In this document: one piece after another, positions 1-12,760 of the stretch
How the letters are laid out: each line of letters begins with the position of its first letter
How positions within the stretch are numbered: the first letter of the stretch is position 1
Assembly (NCBI RefSeq): GCF_036321535.1
Contig: NC_087459.1
Location: 7,378,001 to 7,442,000 of the forward strand
Origin: Camelus dromedarius
Lineage: Eukaryota
Length of the DNA stretch: 64,000 nt
Reading direction: 5' to 3'
Translations under genes and position numbers: made by a program
Notes under the pieces: model-generated
Databases searched by the model: none
The model's input: the letters and a program-made list of their open reading frames with translations, nothing else
Told to the model about the DNA's origin: nothing

Positions 1-2550
1 AGTGGCCGGCCAGCCAGGGCATAACGTTCAGCCGTGTCCACAAACCAGCTCATGCTACCAGTGCCAGGCTCCATTTCAAAGACACTGAGGGCACTGGAGG
101 CAAGGCCTGCAAAGGGCTCAGCTGGATCCAGCTTGCGCTTGAAAAAGATTGGGTGGCGCCGATCCCCGGTGTAGGGTTTGCGCCCCGATTCAGTTGCCAC
201 TAGGCTCTCCTTGGCTGCAAAGGCCAGATCCCCAAAGAGACCGTAGCAGAGACCCTCAGGGTTGGCGCGCTCAACGGGCTGACTGGCATCACGGAACAGG
301 TGCTGGCACAGGGTGCTGTCCTTGGAGCCGGAGAGCAGGAAGGAGGGGTCATGTGGGTGGCGCCAGGCGATGCCTGTTGTGACGTCGCGGTGTTCCTCAA
401 ACATGGCGGCTGGCACAAAGGGTCGGCGCACATCCCACACGTAGATGTTGTGGTCCACCATCATGGAGCACGTGGCTAGGTGGTGGCGGCACTCAGGTCG
501 CCACTTGACTCTGGCCACAGATGCAATGGTTTGCACACAATGCACCTCCTTAGCTCGGTGTGTAGTCATGTCCCAGACCTTGACCATCTTGTCACGCCCA
601 CCTGTGGCCAGCCAGCCCCTGCAGAAAGCCCAGGAAGCTCTCAGTGTCCTCTTTTGGGATGGGAGGGCTCCCCACTCTCTGTCTCACATGCCTTGAGGCA
701 GTGAGATAGCCCTTCCATAAGCCCCACCTGCCTTGCCCCGTCGCCCCAGCCCCCACCCCACCCCACACCTGTCCTCTGGGTGCCAGTCGCAGCAGAAGAC
801 AGGCCCATTGTGGGCTGTGAACATTCTCTCACAGCGGTCCGGCCGCCGAATGTCCCAGAGCTGCACGTTGCCGTTCTCAAAGGTGGAGGCGAAGGTGAAG
901 TAGTCCCGGATGCTGAACTGGACGTCACGCACACTCTCAGACTGGCCTGTGGGCAGGACATCAGTGGAGCGAGAAGGTCAGGGGGCCAGCCTCCAGGGAG
1001 CTCCAGGAGGGACAGCAATCAAGAGCGGAGCCCTCAGAATGGATGTGGACTGATGTCACGTCTGCCTGTGACCCAGGTCAGGAGGCCTGCCCAGGGCAGA
1101 CGGGGGTACAGAGAGGGCTCACAGAGCAGACAAGAATAGCCTGGGCTGGCAAGCAGGACAGGCATTGGGTGTTTTTTTGACACAAACTCCTGGACCTTGA
1201 TTTTTCCTGGATTCTGTGTCTTGACATCAGTCCTTGTGCAAAGCTGTGGCCAGCTTCAGGACTGGGTATCAGAGCATTGAGTGAACAGGAGCCTCACTGG
1301 GCCATCTGTCCACAATACGTCACAGGCCTCAGGCCCAAGGAGGCATGAATGGGCTGCCCCCACCTCTGCCCAGTCCCTTCACCTTTAGCTGGAGCTGCCA
1401 GGTCAGCTCCAGAGGACTGGAGGCCTTGAGGGTCATGTCCACCCTTGTGGACCACTCCAGCTTTGTCTCAGCACAGGTAGCTCAAGGTCTGTCTTAAGAG
1501 GGCCCCCAGTTCTCTGAGGGCTCTGCCCTATGCTTCACTTGATCTCATCAAGGTGGAAGAGGGAAAGCTGGCTCAAGTTGGGCTGTCAGGGGGCTGGGCC
1601 TCCTGGGAAAATAACTGTAGGAGCAGCACCAGGCTGTGTGCCACACCGCTACTGCTTCCCTGGGCTGAGGACCCTGGAAGTAGAAGACATCATGCAGTAA
1701 GGTGGCCTGGAGCTCTGAGACAAGGGAAGAGGCAGTTAAACAAACCCTTTGCTCAGCTGCCCAGGTTAGTTGTGGATCTGCTCAGGCTTTACCCTCTCCC
1801 TGATCCTACACCCAGCCTCAACTCCTGCTGACCCCACAAGTGCATCAGAGCTACGACCACACTCCAGGTACCCCTCACACTTCCATCAGGCCTACCCCTC
1901 CCCTGCTGACCTCCATCCACTCTTCCAGCTAGGCTGACCCCCTCCTCCAGGAGGCCGTCTGGGAGCACATCTGAAGGCTTTTAATGCACAGAGCACTTCT
2001 CAACATGCCTAGACAGGCTAGCTGCCTGCAGAGATGCACACCTGCCCAACCCACCTCCAAGGGCCTCACCAGAGAAAGTGCTGACAGAGTCCTTCCTGCG
2101 AAGATCAAAGCACTTCATGAAGCCATCCTGGGAGCCACTGAGAAGCACATGGGCCTCGGTGGGATGGAAGCAGACTTTGTTCACTGTGCGCTTGTGCTCA
2201 GTAAACAGCTGGTCCTGCTTGTTGCGGGACGGCCGGCCCAAGTTCCAGGTGACCACCACACCATTGGTGGCAGCTGTGGCCAGCAGGTTCTCATCCATCT
2301 GGTGCCAGACAACATCTGCACAGCTCAGGTTGAGTGAGGGCTTGCGGCCCACACGCAGGTTCAGCTTCTCCACAAACTGCTCCTCCTCGATGGCATAGAT
2401 CTTGAAGATGCTGCGACCGGCCACCACTACCTGGGCTGCATCACGGCACACACTGATGGCATTGGCTGGTGCATCCAGGTGGCAGTGCATGGTGCGGCCC
2501 GTCAGTGCGCTGCCACCCAGGGCTGTAGTCACGCGAGACATCTTCTCCAT
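1..2550 (-). CDS. WDR24: GATOR2 complex subunit WDR24, 5' part. Coding exons 2550-2070, 946-769, 618-<1 (runs off the window).
   Basis: ORF 1981..2550 reads [37 protein letters not shown]..., which I recognise as WDR24. GT-AG junctions give 481-nt and 178-nt exons in consistent phase. Exon 3 reads (R)[24 protein letters not shown]... and is still open at base 1 ([10 protein letters not shown]). Confidence 0.97.
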
Positions 2551-3029
2551 GGCTTCACAGGTGGTGGGGACAGGTCAGTGAAGTGGGCAGGCCTGGTCAG
2601 GCTGGAGGCAGGGTCCTGTCAGTTCGGACCCTTCACCCCTGGTGGTTCCTCCAAAACTGCTTAGGCCTGGACTGGTCAGCCTTGGTGAGCCATTCCAAGG
2701 CAGTCCACCGTTAGTCAGTCTCATAGGCAAGTTCCACCACTCTGGCCAGGCAGTCAGAAGGTACTGCCCTGAGGCTAGTCAGTGCCATGTCTGACTTCTG
2801 GGGAAGACCCTACCTGGTCAGTCCCAGGCCAGGCCACCTCTCGAACCGCACTCCCCCCCAAAACAGCCAGATCAGAACGGTCACTGGACCTTCAGTCAGT
2901 CAGTTAAGTCAGGTTGTTCCACCGTCCGCACAATTGGCCTCTGGGGAGGGGGGTAGAAGGGCTAACGGGGCCCAGAAGACACAGGCTGTAGAGGGGCGGG
3001 GGACACAGAGGAACTTCAAGGATCAAGCT

Positions 3030-3500
3030 GTTTAAGGAGCCTGGGGGTGTCTGGCGGGACCGGAAGCAGAAGAGGCTGGCGGCGCGGAGGCTGCGGGAAC
3101 AGAGCCAGAAGAACCGTATAAATCGCTCCTTCCGAGAACACCCAAACCATTTCCTAAAATTACCCAGCCGAGCCGGAACCGCCGCGCCGGAAGCAGCCCG
3201 TCTCTTTCCCGCCCCCACGCCGGACGTGGTCCTTTACTTGCCAGTCCCTGGCTGGAAGCGGACGCCCACATCACCAAAGTTCCGGATTAGGGAGCTGCGC
3301 TGGTAGAGGCCGAGGTGTGTGGTTCAGGACTTGGGTACAGAGGCTCCCCGGTTGCGTATCGGGGGTTGTTCTTTTTGTCGCAGTATATTAATACCAGTGT
3401 TCATCTCTCCCCCAAGGTCCGTCGGCAAGTCTAGGCTTCCTTAAACGAGTCCCGAATCCCTCCGTCGTCTCCGCCTCCTTCCTCATTCTCCGCCAGACCC
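3030..3500 (-). promoter_or_regulatory. CpG-rich WDR24 promoter with ETS/GABP-type motifs
   Basis: CCGGAAG at 3060-3066 and 3187-3193 in a CpG-rich stretch upstream of the WDR24 ATG. The exact TSS is not determinable. Confidence 0.6.
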
Positions 3501-3739
3501 CGTGAGCAGCTTCCTGACAGCTTTCCCTGGGTCACTCGTTCCCCCTGATCTGAACCCCGCACAGCAGCCAGATACCACTCTTTGGCCTAAGGTCCCTCTT
3601 AAGTTTCCACCGGACTGTGAATAAATCGCAAACTCCCGGCGTCTTCCTCTCCCCGCGCACCTCTAGGCCCCGCAGCTTCCAGCCCGCCGAGTTCTTTCCT
3701 GCCTCACCGCCATCACACGTTGTCGCTCTCTCTCCATAA

Positions 3740-4150
3740 CGCGTCTTCTTATCCTTCAGGGTTCAGCTTAAGTGTCACATTCTCAGAAGCATTCCCGGAC
3801 CACTGCATCTAACACTGCCTCTCCGGTCACTGTCACCTCCACCTCCACAGCACTTGTCACAACCTTTTCCTTTGTATACTGATTATCGTCTGTCACATAT
3901 GTGTGTGAACTCTACCAGGCAAGGATCACATCTTTCTGTGTCTCCAAGAGCTCCAACGTCTGACATGACCTGTTCACAACCCGCTCAGTGACCATCTCTG
4001 AGCCTCCCTTTCTCTCTTGGGTATGATCCCTGGTCTGTCCTTGCCGTGTGATCTTTAAGGACACCCTTGACCCTCTCTTAACCTCAGTTACCCTGTGCAG
4101 GAAACAGGGCTCATTTTTGCCCTTCTGAAAGGATAGGTTAGATCCTAGAT
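3740..4150. mobile_element. Degenerate L2/MIR-like fragments
   Basis: Resembles L2 (cacagcacttgtcacaac) and MIR (aacctcagttaccctgtgcaggaaacaggg) consensus by eye only. Confidence 0.4.
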
Positions 4151-4385
4151 ATTTTGGACGGAATCTTATGTGTAATGATTTTAGTGTCTCTCCCTACTTA
4201 AGCAGTGAGAGGTTAGGGACCTTCTGTGTTGGTCACTGCTGGGTTTCCAGTCTGGCACAGTGTTACCAGCCTCTACATGTTTGTTGAAAGAACCAATAAG
4301 TCTGATGAGAGGTGCACAAAAATTCAGATGTATGCCACTCAAGACAGATACACCCTCCCCCACCATGGTCTGATGACCTAAAAAC

Positions 4386-4894
4386 NNNNNNNNNNNNNNN
4401 NNNNNNNNNNNNNNNNNNNNNNNNNNNNNNNNNNNNNNNNNNNNNNNNNNNNNNNNNNNNNNNNNNNNNNNNNNNNNNNNNNNNNNNNNNNNNNNNNNNN
4501 NNNNNNNNNNNNNNNNNNNNNNNNNNNNNNNNNNNNNNNNNNNNNNNNNNNNNNNNNNNNNNNNNNNNNNNNNNNNNNNNNCCTACAGTCATTGGAAATA
4601 TCACAGCTTCAGTTGCATTAATACTTTGGACAAATGGACAGCTGCCCCTCCCCACTAGGGAGCTGTGGGGAGAAGAAGCTGAAGAAACTGGCTCCTGACC
4701 ACCTCAACCCTGGAGCCTCTGGCCAGTGCTCCAGGGGCAGGGAAATCTTTGGGCTGTTGNNNNNNNNNNNNNNNNNNNNNNNNNNNNNNNNNNNNNNNNN
4801 NNNNNNNNNNNNNNNNNNNNNNNNNNNNNNNNNNNNNNNNNNNNNNNNNNNNNNNNNNNNNNNNNNNNNNNNNNNNNNNNNNNNNNNNNNNNNN
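4386..4894. other. Assembly gaps 4386-4581 and 4760-4894, probably within or near the FBXL16 3'UTR end. Further gaps at 45979-46132, 53390-53552 and 53808-54019.
   Basis: Runs of N. Confidence 0.99.
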
Positions 4895-6134
4895 TCCCAA
4901 AATTGGATGTGGGTGCTGTACATCCTGGGGCTCAAGGTTGGGATGGAAAGGGGTCCCAGCCCCCTCCTCAGCAATTGCCAAGATGTGCCAGCACCCCCAG
5001 GACATCCCAGCGTCTTGGGATTGGACAGAACATGGTGAGCCCATGTGGGCAGACAGAGATTTGGGAAGATGGGTTGAGGGGTGCAGCTAGAAAGGAGCCC
5101 TCCCTCCTCTGGGTGTTAAGGGTGCGCTGGCCACTGGAAGATCAGAGTTGCTGGCTGGCACTGGCCGTAAGCCTCAGCTGGGGCCCCCCTTTTCAGCTTC
5201 CACCTAATGGAGACCTGCCCAGGGTGAAGTGTGGCGCTGAGGGTCCTGAACCCAGCTGGCTACAGGGGCTGTGGGGTGGGGTCCACCCAGGACTGCTCCC
5301 AAGGCCCCAAGGCCTGCAGGCCATGAGGTTCACTCCAGCTTAAGGTCTCACAAGGCAGCTGTACCACCACCGCTGGGTTGAGGCAGACTGGAGCCAACTG
5401 GGCTAATGTTGATTATGCCAAGGTCATTGTCAGCCTAGCGGCCCCTCTCCTAATCCAATTCTGCCCTAGCCTGGCGAGGGCCCAAGGACCTTAGGCCTTG
5501 GAGTCGGGGTGGGGCGAGTAGGGACTGTTTCACACGGCGGCAAGGAAGAGGAGAGGTCGATGGGGTCAGGCTGGCATGAGGAGGGGGGAGGGTGGGTGGG
5601 ACTTGGGCTCCTGGGTGGGCCATGGCTTTGGCGGCGGCCTGTTTCCCCTCGCACCCCTCGGAGGGCTCCAGGCGCGGTGCAGTGGAAGATGCGGGAAGCC
5701 CTAGGGCTCTTCCGGGCCCCTAAGTCCTGGGAGACCCAGTTCCCCTCAATCCCCCTGGGCCCTGCCCGGGGTGGGGGGACGGCGGGGAGACAGAACAGGG
5801 TGTGGCGAGGAAGGCGGTAAGGGTGGCCGCCTGGCGAGCTCAAAGCGCTCCCAGGACCAAGCCCCAGCCCCCCACCGCCGGCGGGCGGGCGGGCTGGCGA
5901 AGGATGGAGGCGGCTGTGGCGTGGTGGAGGGCGGGCGTGCAGTGCGGGCACGAGGGGCATGCACAAAGTCCCCGAATGTGCGTGCGTGCGCGGGGCTGGT
6001 CAGTCCGCCGCCCTCCCTGCCCGGGGCGGGGCCGGGAGGAGAACAAGGGGCCGAGGAGCCGCGGCTCAGCGGCGCCCCGGCGTCCCCGCCCAGAGCGCGG
6101 CGGGCTCCTGCGACGGGGGCGGGGAGGCCCTGCG

Positions 6135-9098
6135 CTACTCGATGACGAGGCAGCGGGGCAGGTGCTGCGAGAAGTACTTGAAGAGCTCAGGGGTGGCCCC
6201 AGGGCAGTTGGTCAGCTCCAGCTCCTCCAGCTCCTGCAGCTGCACCAGGCCCGACAGCCCTGTGGTGGTCAGCAGCGGGCAGCCTGCGGCGGGCGGGAGG
6301 AGGGTCGGCGGCTGAGTGGGCGGGGCCCGGGGCTCCGAGAGGCCGAGGCGGGGGGAGGGGGGGGGTCCTCTGACTGAGACCTGGGCCACAGCGAGTCAAC
6401 CCCAGGTATGGATCTGCACAGGGGACCCGGCAGGGCTGGCTTAGTAGGACTAGGTGTGGGTAGGTGGTCACCGTCCAGGAGGGCACCAGGGGGTCTCACC
6501 TGCCAGAGACAAGAGACGCAAACTCCTCATGGCCAGGAGGTGCTTCAGCCCAAAGTCCTGCACCTGCGCGGGAGGGCGAGGCGAGTTTATTTACGTTGGC
6601 TCCCTGAGGGAGCCTCATTCCTGGGGTCAGGCCATAGGGGGCGGGGGATGGGTTCAAAACGGGGGTTTCTCAGCTCCCCACAGAGTCGGTGAGGGCCCTG
6701 GGGACTCCTTTCTCTCCGCTTATGTCGGCCGCTGGGTGTGGGGGGATCCCAGACTTCCCTACAAGATCTGAGTGGGCCGGGTGCAGGTCAGCTGCTTGTC
6801 TGGGTGGGGGATTTCCCCGTGCCCCCCACCTCCCCTGCCTACTCCCCAATCTCCAGAGGCGTGGAGGGCTGGTACCTGGCAGCACCATCGCAGGTAGAGA
6901 CTGCGGAGGGAGGACATTGTGGACAAATAGCTGAGGCCAGTGTCCGTGATGCGTACACACCTGTGGTCGCAACAGAGGGGGGCTGCCCACCTTCAAATCA
7001 CCTCGCCCGGCCCCTCAGTTTCGACCCCTTCCTTCTTTTTCCGGAGTGCCCCTGGCGTGAACTCCCTGCCCCCCACCATGGCCCTGCCCTTTCCATAGCC
7101 CCATCCCAGCCAGACTACTGGAGGCTCCCTAGTTAGAAGGTCCAGTAAGCCTTACCCAGCCCTGCCCTCCACAGCCCCGGGATGGGGGGATACACATACC
7201 TGTCCAGCACGAGCTCCTCCAGGCGGTGCAGATCGCAGGCCACGTACTCGAGAGCCATGTCGGTGATGCGTGGGCACCACGAGAGGTCGAGGCTGCGTAG
7301 CTTGCGCAGGTTCTCGGCTACAAGCTCCACGCCATCATCGGTGACCTTGGAGCAGCCAGAGAGGCTGAGAGCAGTGAGATTGGGCAGGCTGTGCACCACA
7401 TTGACCACACCGTGGTTGGTGATCTCCCAGCAGGAGAGGAGGCGCAGCGTGTGTGTGCTGTGGCCTTGGCGCGCCGTGAAGTAGGCCAGCGCTGTGTCCG
7501 TCACGTGGTAGGCCTGCAAGCTCAGCTCGGCCAGGTTGGGCAGCAGCTGTGAGATGGCTGCAATGGCGTCATCGGCCACATTGATGCAGTCGCTCACGCT
7601 CAGCGAGGTGATGCGAGCACTCAGGCTGGACCACAGCCCAGCCTCGGTGAAGTCGTTGCAGCCCGACAGCTCAAGGCGCACCACGCCTTGCATCTGCTCC
7701 AGCATCACCTGCAGGCGGGCAGGCATGGGGTCAGGAGGCCTCAACCTCGCCCTCGCCTTGGTACAAGCCTACCACCGATTCCCCAGGTGAGCCCCTCCCT
7801 GCAAGGCGTGGTGAGGATGGTAGGAGTCAGGGCAGAAGGAGCCCACTGAGGGGCAGGAAGCTGTGTTCTTGAGCACGTAGATGGTGTAAACATGCATCAA
7901 GCTGTATGCTGACAAGTGCACTTACAGTGTGTTCATTACACCTGAACAACATTCAAAAAAGGAGGCAGGCCACAGGAGATCTGGGAGCCCAGGGCCTGGC
8001 TGGAGTAGGTGCTCAGAGCCGTTGGTGTTAATGGTTTGATTATTAGAGTCTAGGTCCTGCACAGCTGCTCCTCCAACCTCTGCCCCTACTCCTCCTACCT
8101 CCTCCAGCATCCTCCCAAACCAAAGTGGGCTTCAGAGGCATGCAGGGCCCCGAGCTCAGAAGGGCCTCACATTTAATCGGCTACTTTGCTGTCACTGGCT
8201 TGAAATTGTTAGTCATCTTGGAACATGGAACCTGACTTTTCAGTTTGGACTGGGTCCCCCCAAATTATGTAGACAGTTCCCCACCCCAGAGCCATGCTCC
8301 TCCTCAGGGCACCAGCCCCGCCCTTGGCTGCTTTGCTGCTTGGTGCCCAAGCTTCCTCTCGGTACTGCCTCCCACTTCCCCCCAACACATGCTTAGTGGT
8401 TGCTGCCTGCCCCTGCCCCTGATCCCTGCCCCTTCCAGGCCAGTGTCAGGGCGCACCTCCAGGCCAGCGTCAGTGATGGTGGAACGCTTGAGGCTCATGG
8501 CCTTGACACCCTTCTTGGAGAGGGCATAGTTGTCGATGAACTCACAGATGTCCAGGTCGGAGACTCCAACCAGGCAGAAACCCTCAAAGCCGCGTGCTGC
8601 AAAGCCCTGCAGGCTCACAAATTCCTTCTCACCTCCAGGCAGCACTGTGTAGAGCTCCTTGGCGTGCAGCACAGGTGTGAGGCCCGCCCAGAACTTGGGC
8701 TGATAGAGCACACGCCTCCAGGCCTTGCACACCTGAGCCAGCACGCACTTCTCGCAGGCAGAGAAGTACCAGAAGAGGCCATTGAGGATTTTCTCGTCGG
8801 TGGCCAGTGGTGGCCGTTCTGCTGGGGGCCCAGGCACCGGAGCTGAGGCTGGTCCACCAAGGGGGAGCCCCGCCGGGGGGCAAAGGCCCCCGGCCAGGGC
8901 AGCCCGGGGCGGCGGGGCAGCCAGGCTGGGTGGTGGGAGGGAGAGTGGGGGTGGGTGACAGGGTCGGTTCTTGGCAGCTGGTGTGCCCTTGGTGATGCTG
9001 GCTGTGCCCAGGCCGTTGGGCTGGCCTGGCAGCTTCACCAAACCATTGCGAGGCAAGCATGGAGGCTTGGGATCGCCGTTGATGCCCGGGCTCGACAT
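6135..9098 (-). CDS. FBXL16: F-box and leucine-rich repeat protein 16, 482 aa. Coding exons 9098-8457, 7708-7200, 6960-6876, 6563-6500, 6283-6135.
   Basis: [29 protein letters not shown]..., Pro-rich tract, F-box ([28 protein letters not shown]), LRRs, ends ...[10 protein letters not shown]. Exon sum 1449 nt, all GT-AG. The acceptor at 9112 gives 14 nt of UTR before the ATG. Confidence 0.97.
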
Positions 9099-9289
9099 CT
9101 TCCTCACTCGGTCTGCAGACAGGATCCAGGAAGGGGGAGTGAGTTTGCTGCCGGCGTAGAGCTGGGCTCCTTTCCATCCCTGGGCAACCCTTCCCACATC
9201 ATTCCCAGAACCACCCAAAAGAAGGGGTCTGAGTGCAAGTCCCACCCCCCAGCTACAGGAGGGCAGGGCTGGTCATGACCACGACGCTC

Positions 9290-10760
9290 CCTGAGCACCT
9301 TCTATATGCTCTTAGCTCAACTTCCACCCACTCACAGAACATTTTGCCACATAGGTACTACAGCTCCCATTTTACAGATAAGAGAACAGAGGCTGAGGGA
9401 GACAGACACTCACCTGTGACTGCTCCCTTTGCCTTTGCTACCCTGATGCCTACTGTCAGTGCCTGCGAGGCCTGCCTCTACTGGGCAGGGGCTGAAGAAC
9501 TGAGGGTTTGGGACATTCTCTGGTCCCTCCTCTATGGGGTGCCAGGGTACTCTCTGGAGTAGTTCCAGTACCCCCTCTGAAACTCACACACCAACCTCGG
9601 AGAATCTCAGTGGCTACAGGAAGTTCTGTGGTTCAGAATCTACCCAAAGAAAGGGCAAGTGTCTTCCTGGGGTGTTTACCATGATCCAGCACAGTTATCC
9701 CTGGAAACATTATTTCTTCAATCGTTCACTCAACCCATTGAGGATGATGCTATGATGACTGTACCCATTGTATAGGTGAGGAATTCATGGCTGAGGCAGC
9801 CGAACTGCTTGTCTGAGGTCATAGTAAGTGGTGGAGCCAAGACTCAGACACAGAGCTGGCTGTGGAAGGCTATGTGTAGGGAGCTTCCCACAGGGTGGGG
9901 CTAAGACCATCACCCAGCTCCCTTCCTCAGGCCTCTGAGGCTGTGAATGGTTGGCAGAGTTCACTGGGCACAGATGACCCTGGAGACAAGGGGCAGTGGG
10001 ACCCTCACAATGCCATCATCTATTCTTCATTCTAGATCTCCTGCCTGCCCCTACCTCAGACATTCAGCAAGAAAGTAATGTACCCAGTGGCTCACCCCAC
10101 CCTGGCTGTATAGCCTTGGTGAGCCACTTCCCTTCTCCATGCCTCATTTTCCTCACTTCAAAGCCTAGGAGGTGATGATATCGCCTCATGGGACAGTGTG
10201 GGAAAAGGACAAAGTGTAGTGCATGGCTTGTAGTGAGCCTGCTGGCGAGAGGGGAAGAGGACGGGAGTCACCAGGAATGGGGGAAGCCCGTGGTCCCGCC
10301 TGGCTCTTCCCAGCGCCATGCCCTCCACTGGCTTCCAAGCCCTGGACAGGACAATACTTGCCAGGATTTCACGTCTGGGGAGGGGGTGCATCCTGGACTG
10401 GGACCAAGGGTCTTCCTGAAATACGTGGCCCTTGTGGCTGCCAACCCACAACCTTTGGGTCCAAAGGCCTTCCTGCCCTGGTAGCCATGAACCTCCCGGC
10501 TGCAGTCCACCCTGGGTCCTCCTTCCCCAGAGGAGGCTCCCACACCCTGGTTGCCCCTACTGCAGCTCATGACCACTCTTGCTCACACTGGCCGATACGG
10601 GACATCCATAACAACGTTTGCTGAATGCCCACTGGGTTAATTGTATCTTTCAATCTCACAGCAGCCCTGGTGGGGGCACTACTGTTACCACCGTTTTCAG
10701 ATTAGGAGCCTGAGGCGCCCAAGAGTTACAGTTTGCCCACAGTGGCAGGGACAGCCTGAC
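9290..10760. mobile_element. Several MIR fragments (about 9290-9420, 9710-9860, 10110-10170, 10630-10760)
   Basis: MIR core-like strings: cccattttacagataagagaacagaggct; cccattgtataggtgaggaa; ctcattttcctcac; ccgttttcagattaggagcctgagg. Confidence 0.6.
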
Positions 10761-11020
10761 ATGAGGGCTGCTCCAGATCCCTTAATGCCAGTACGTAGGA
10801 GGGGACCATGATGGGACAGCAGTGCCTCATGTTGGGACAGGATGAAGCCTACGACTGTCCTCCTCCACTCCTGGGGCCAAGGGTGAGGCTATCCTGGCAA
10901 CTCCCTCCTGTGAACTGTGCTGGTTACAGAGAGGCAGCCCCAGCTTGAATACCTTCTGTGTCTCCGAAGCAGGGCACGCCGGCTTGCCACAGACCGGGCG
11001 CGGCCGGCCTGACGCCTGCC

Positions 11021-11112
11021 GGCAGCACCATGGACAGCGTCCCTCCAGCCGCCTTCCGGGGGCTCGGAGGCCAGGCCAGGCCCGGCCCGCCCGCTCCACC
11101 ACGGACAGCGGC
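11021..11112 (+). promoter_or_regulatory. Two RE1/NRSE (REST) sites in FBXL16 intron 1
   Basis: GGCAGCACCATGGACAGCGTC (11021-11041, 17/21 to TTCAGCACCACGGACAGCGCC) and CGCTCCACCACGGACAGCGGC (11092-11112, 16/21). Confidence 0.75.
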
Positions 11113-12699
11113 AGGACCTCGGGATGGCCTGGCAAACCCAGCTCAGCAGGGAGGGGCCCTGGAGGCTGGAGGGAGCGGGGAGGGGACGCCCGCTCGGCTA
11201 AGATTCCGAGGAGGCGGCGGAGGCGGCACCAGGGGAGAAATAACTCAAGAGCAGTACCGATTTAGGTTGAAAATGCTCTGAGCCATGGGTGTGCACGTGG
11301 AGTGCCTGAGTTGACGGGATCACGTGTATGCCCCGGGCATCTGCGGGGCTCCCTCCGCATCCCCCGCGGGAACTCACATTTGCAAACACCCACAGTCTCA
11401 TCCCCACCCTCCAGGCCTCTGGGTCGAGGTGGCCCATGGAAGAGAGCTCAAGGGAGGGAAGGGCCAAGCCAAAGATGGCCCTCAGCAGCCTGTGGGGAGT
11501 GTCTGAGGCCCCTTGTCCCACACCCCCATCCCAGGCCAGAAGGCACTGGCCTGCCTGTAGGTAAATTCTCCTTCCTCAACCCCTCCCCCCACCCTAGATT
11601 GGAGCTGCCTCCCCAGAGGCAGCCTTGCTGCTCTACAATCTTGTCCATAGTCTTGCTGTGCTCCAGCTGCTCCCTATACTCCAGGCTCATTGACCTAGCC
11701 TCAGTCCTGAGCTCATGTCACAGATGGCTCTTCCTGCCAGTTAGGCAAGAGGTCCCTGGGGGGCTGAGATGAGGGCTCCTCTCCTGGCCTGGCCCCACCC
11801 ACCCAGCCAGACAGGTTGCAGAGCCCCCTATCTTCTTGGTACCTGTGACTGCCCCCACTGTACCCTGTGGGGTTAGGAAGACCTGCTTGGATTTTCTTGC
11901 CAGGATGGGGCAGGGGCAGCTGTCAGTCCACTGGGGACTATCTCCCCACTTTGGGACAAGCACCAGGAGCTAAAACCAGGAAAAGGGGCTTTAAAAACAA
12001 AGATGGCCAAGTTTGCACTCTTCTTAGCCTCAGCCCCTGATGTGTTGTGTCTGTGCAGAGTGGAATTCTGAGGGAGGTCCCCTCCTGGGATGGGCTGCGG
12101 GGATTAGAGGTTCCTGGGTTCATTCCAGGGGAAGACAGGAGATGCTGGTCACTACTTTAGTTGTTTTGTCCATACCAGCCTGAGCCAGAGCTGGATCAGG
12201 GTGCCACTTGGGAGAGCTGACCATGGTCTCTGTTTCCCCAGCTGACTCATGTCAAGCATGGGGGCCAGAGTGGACCTAGGGAGCATGATGGGGTCCTGGG
12301 GACTCCTGGGAGGACTTCAGAACTTGGTGACTTCCTGGCTGACAGTCTGCAGATCACCATGTGGGACTTCCTAAGGAGCTGCCTCTTCTGCAGGTCAAGT
12401 CACTGGGCCCTGAGACCCAGCAAATCCACCTTACAGCCTCACTTCCAGTTCCTTTCCATCCCTGACCCTAAAGTCCAGCCAGACCCCGGTACCGCATTCC
12501 TCCTTCCCTCCCCGTCTCTGCCTGGGCACAAGCTGGTTCCCCTGCTTGCTCAGTAGACCTCCCTACTCCTTAACCCTGCAAGCTTGTTCTCTTGCATCTT
12601 CAGTGTGAGTACTGCCCCTGCCTCTCCCTGTGGGACCCCCACATCTCCAGAGTCTCTGTCATCACTATCTACCTGCCTACTTCTCCCCTTGGCTGGTGA

Positions 12700-12760
12700 C
12701 TCCTTGAGGACAGACAGCACAATGGCTGAGTGGCCTCTGGCAGTTTGCTGAATGAATGAA
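12700..12760 (+). mobile_element. L2 3' end fragment
   Basis: Ends in ttgctgaatgaatgaa, the typical L2 tail. Confidence 0.5.

Noticed and set aside
4181-5090. ORFs spanning N runs (also at 45901-46194 and 53311-54090)
   Set aside because: Artefacts of assembly gaps translated as X.
9099-9245. N-terminal extensions in the ORF track for FBXL16 (9245), CCDC78 (32670) and CIAO3 (43999)
   Set aside because: They start at GTG or TTG. The FBXL16 extension lies upstream of the 9112 acceptor (intronic). The ATGs used match the known N-termini.
11030-11281. 83-aa plus-strand ORF with a strong Kozak context (CACCATGG) antisense to FBXL16
   Set aside because: The ATG context is the centre of the RE1 motif (CAGCACCATGGACAG). 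The peptide is low-complexity G/P/A, as expected from a CpG patch.
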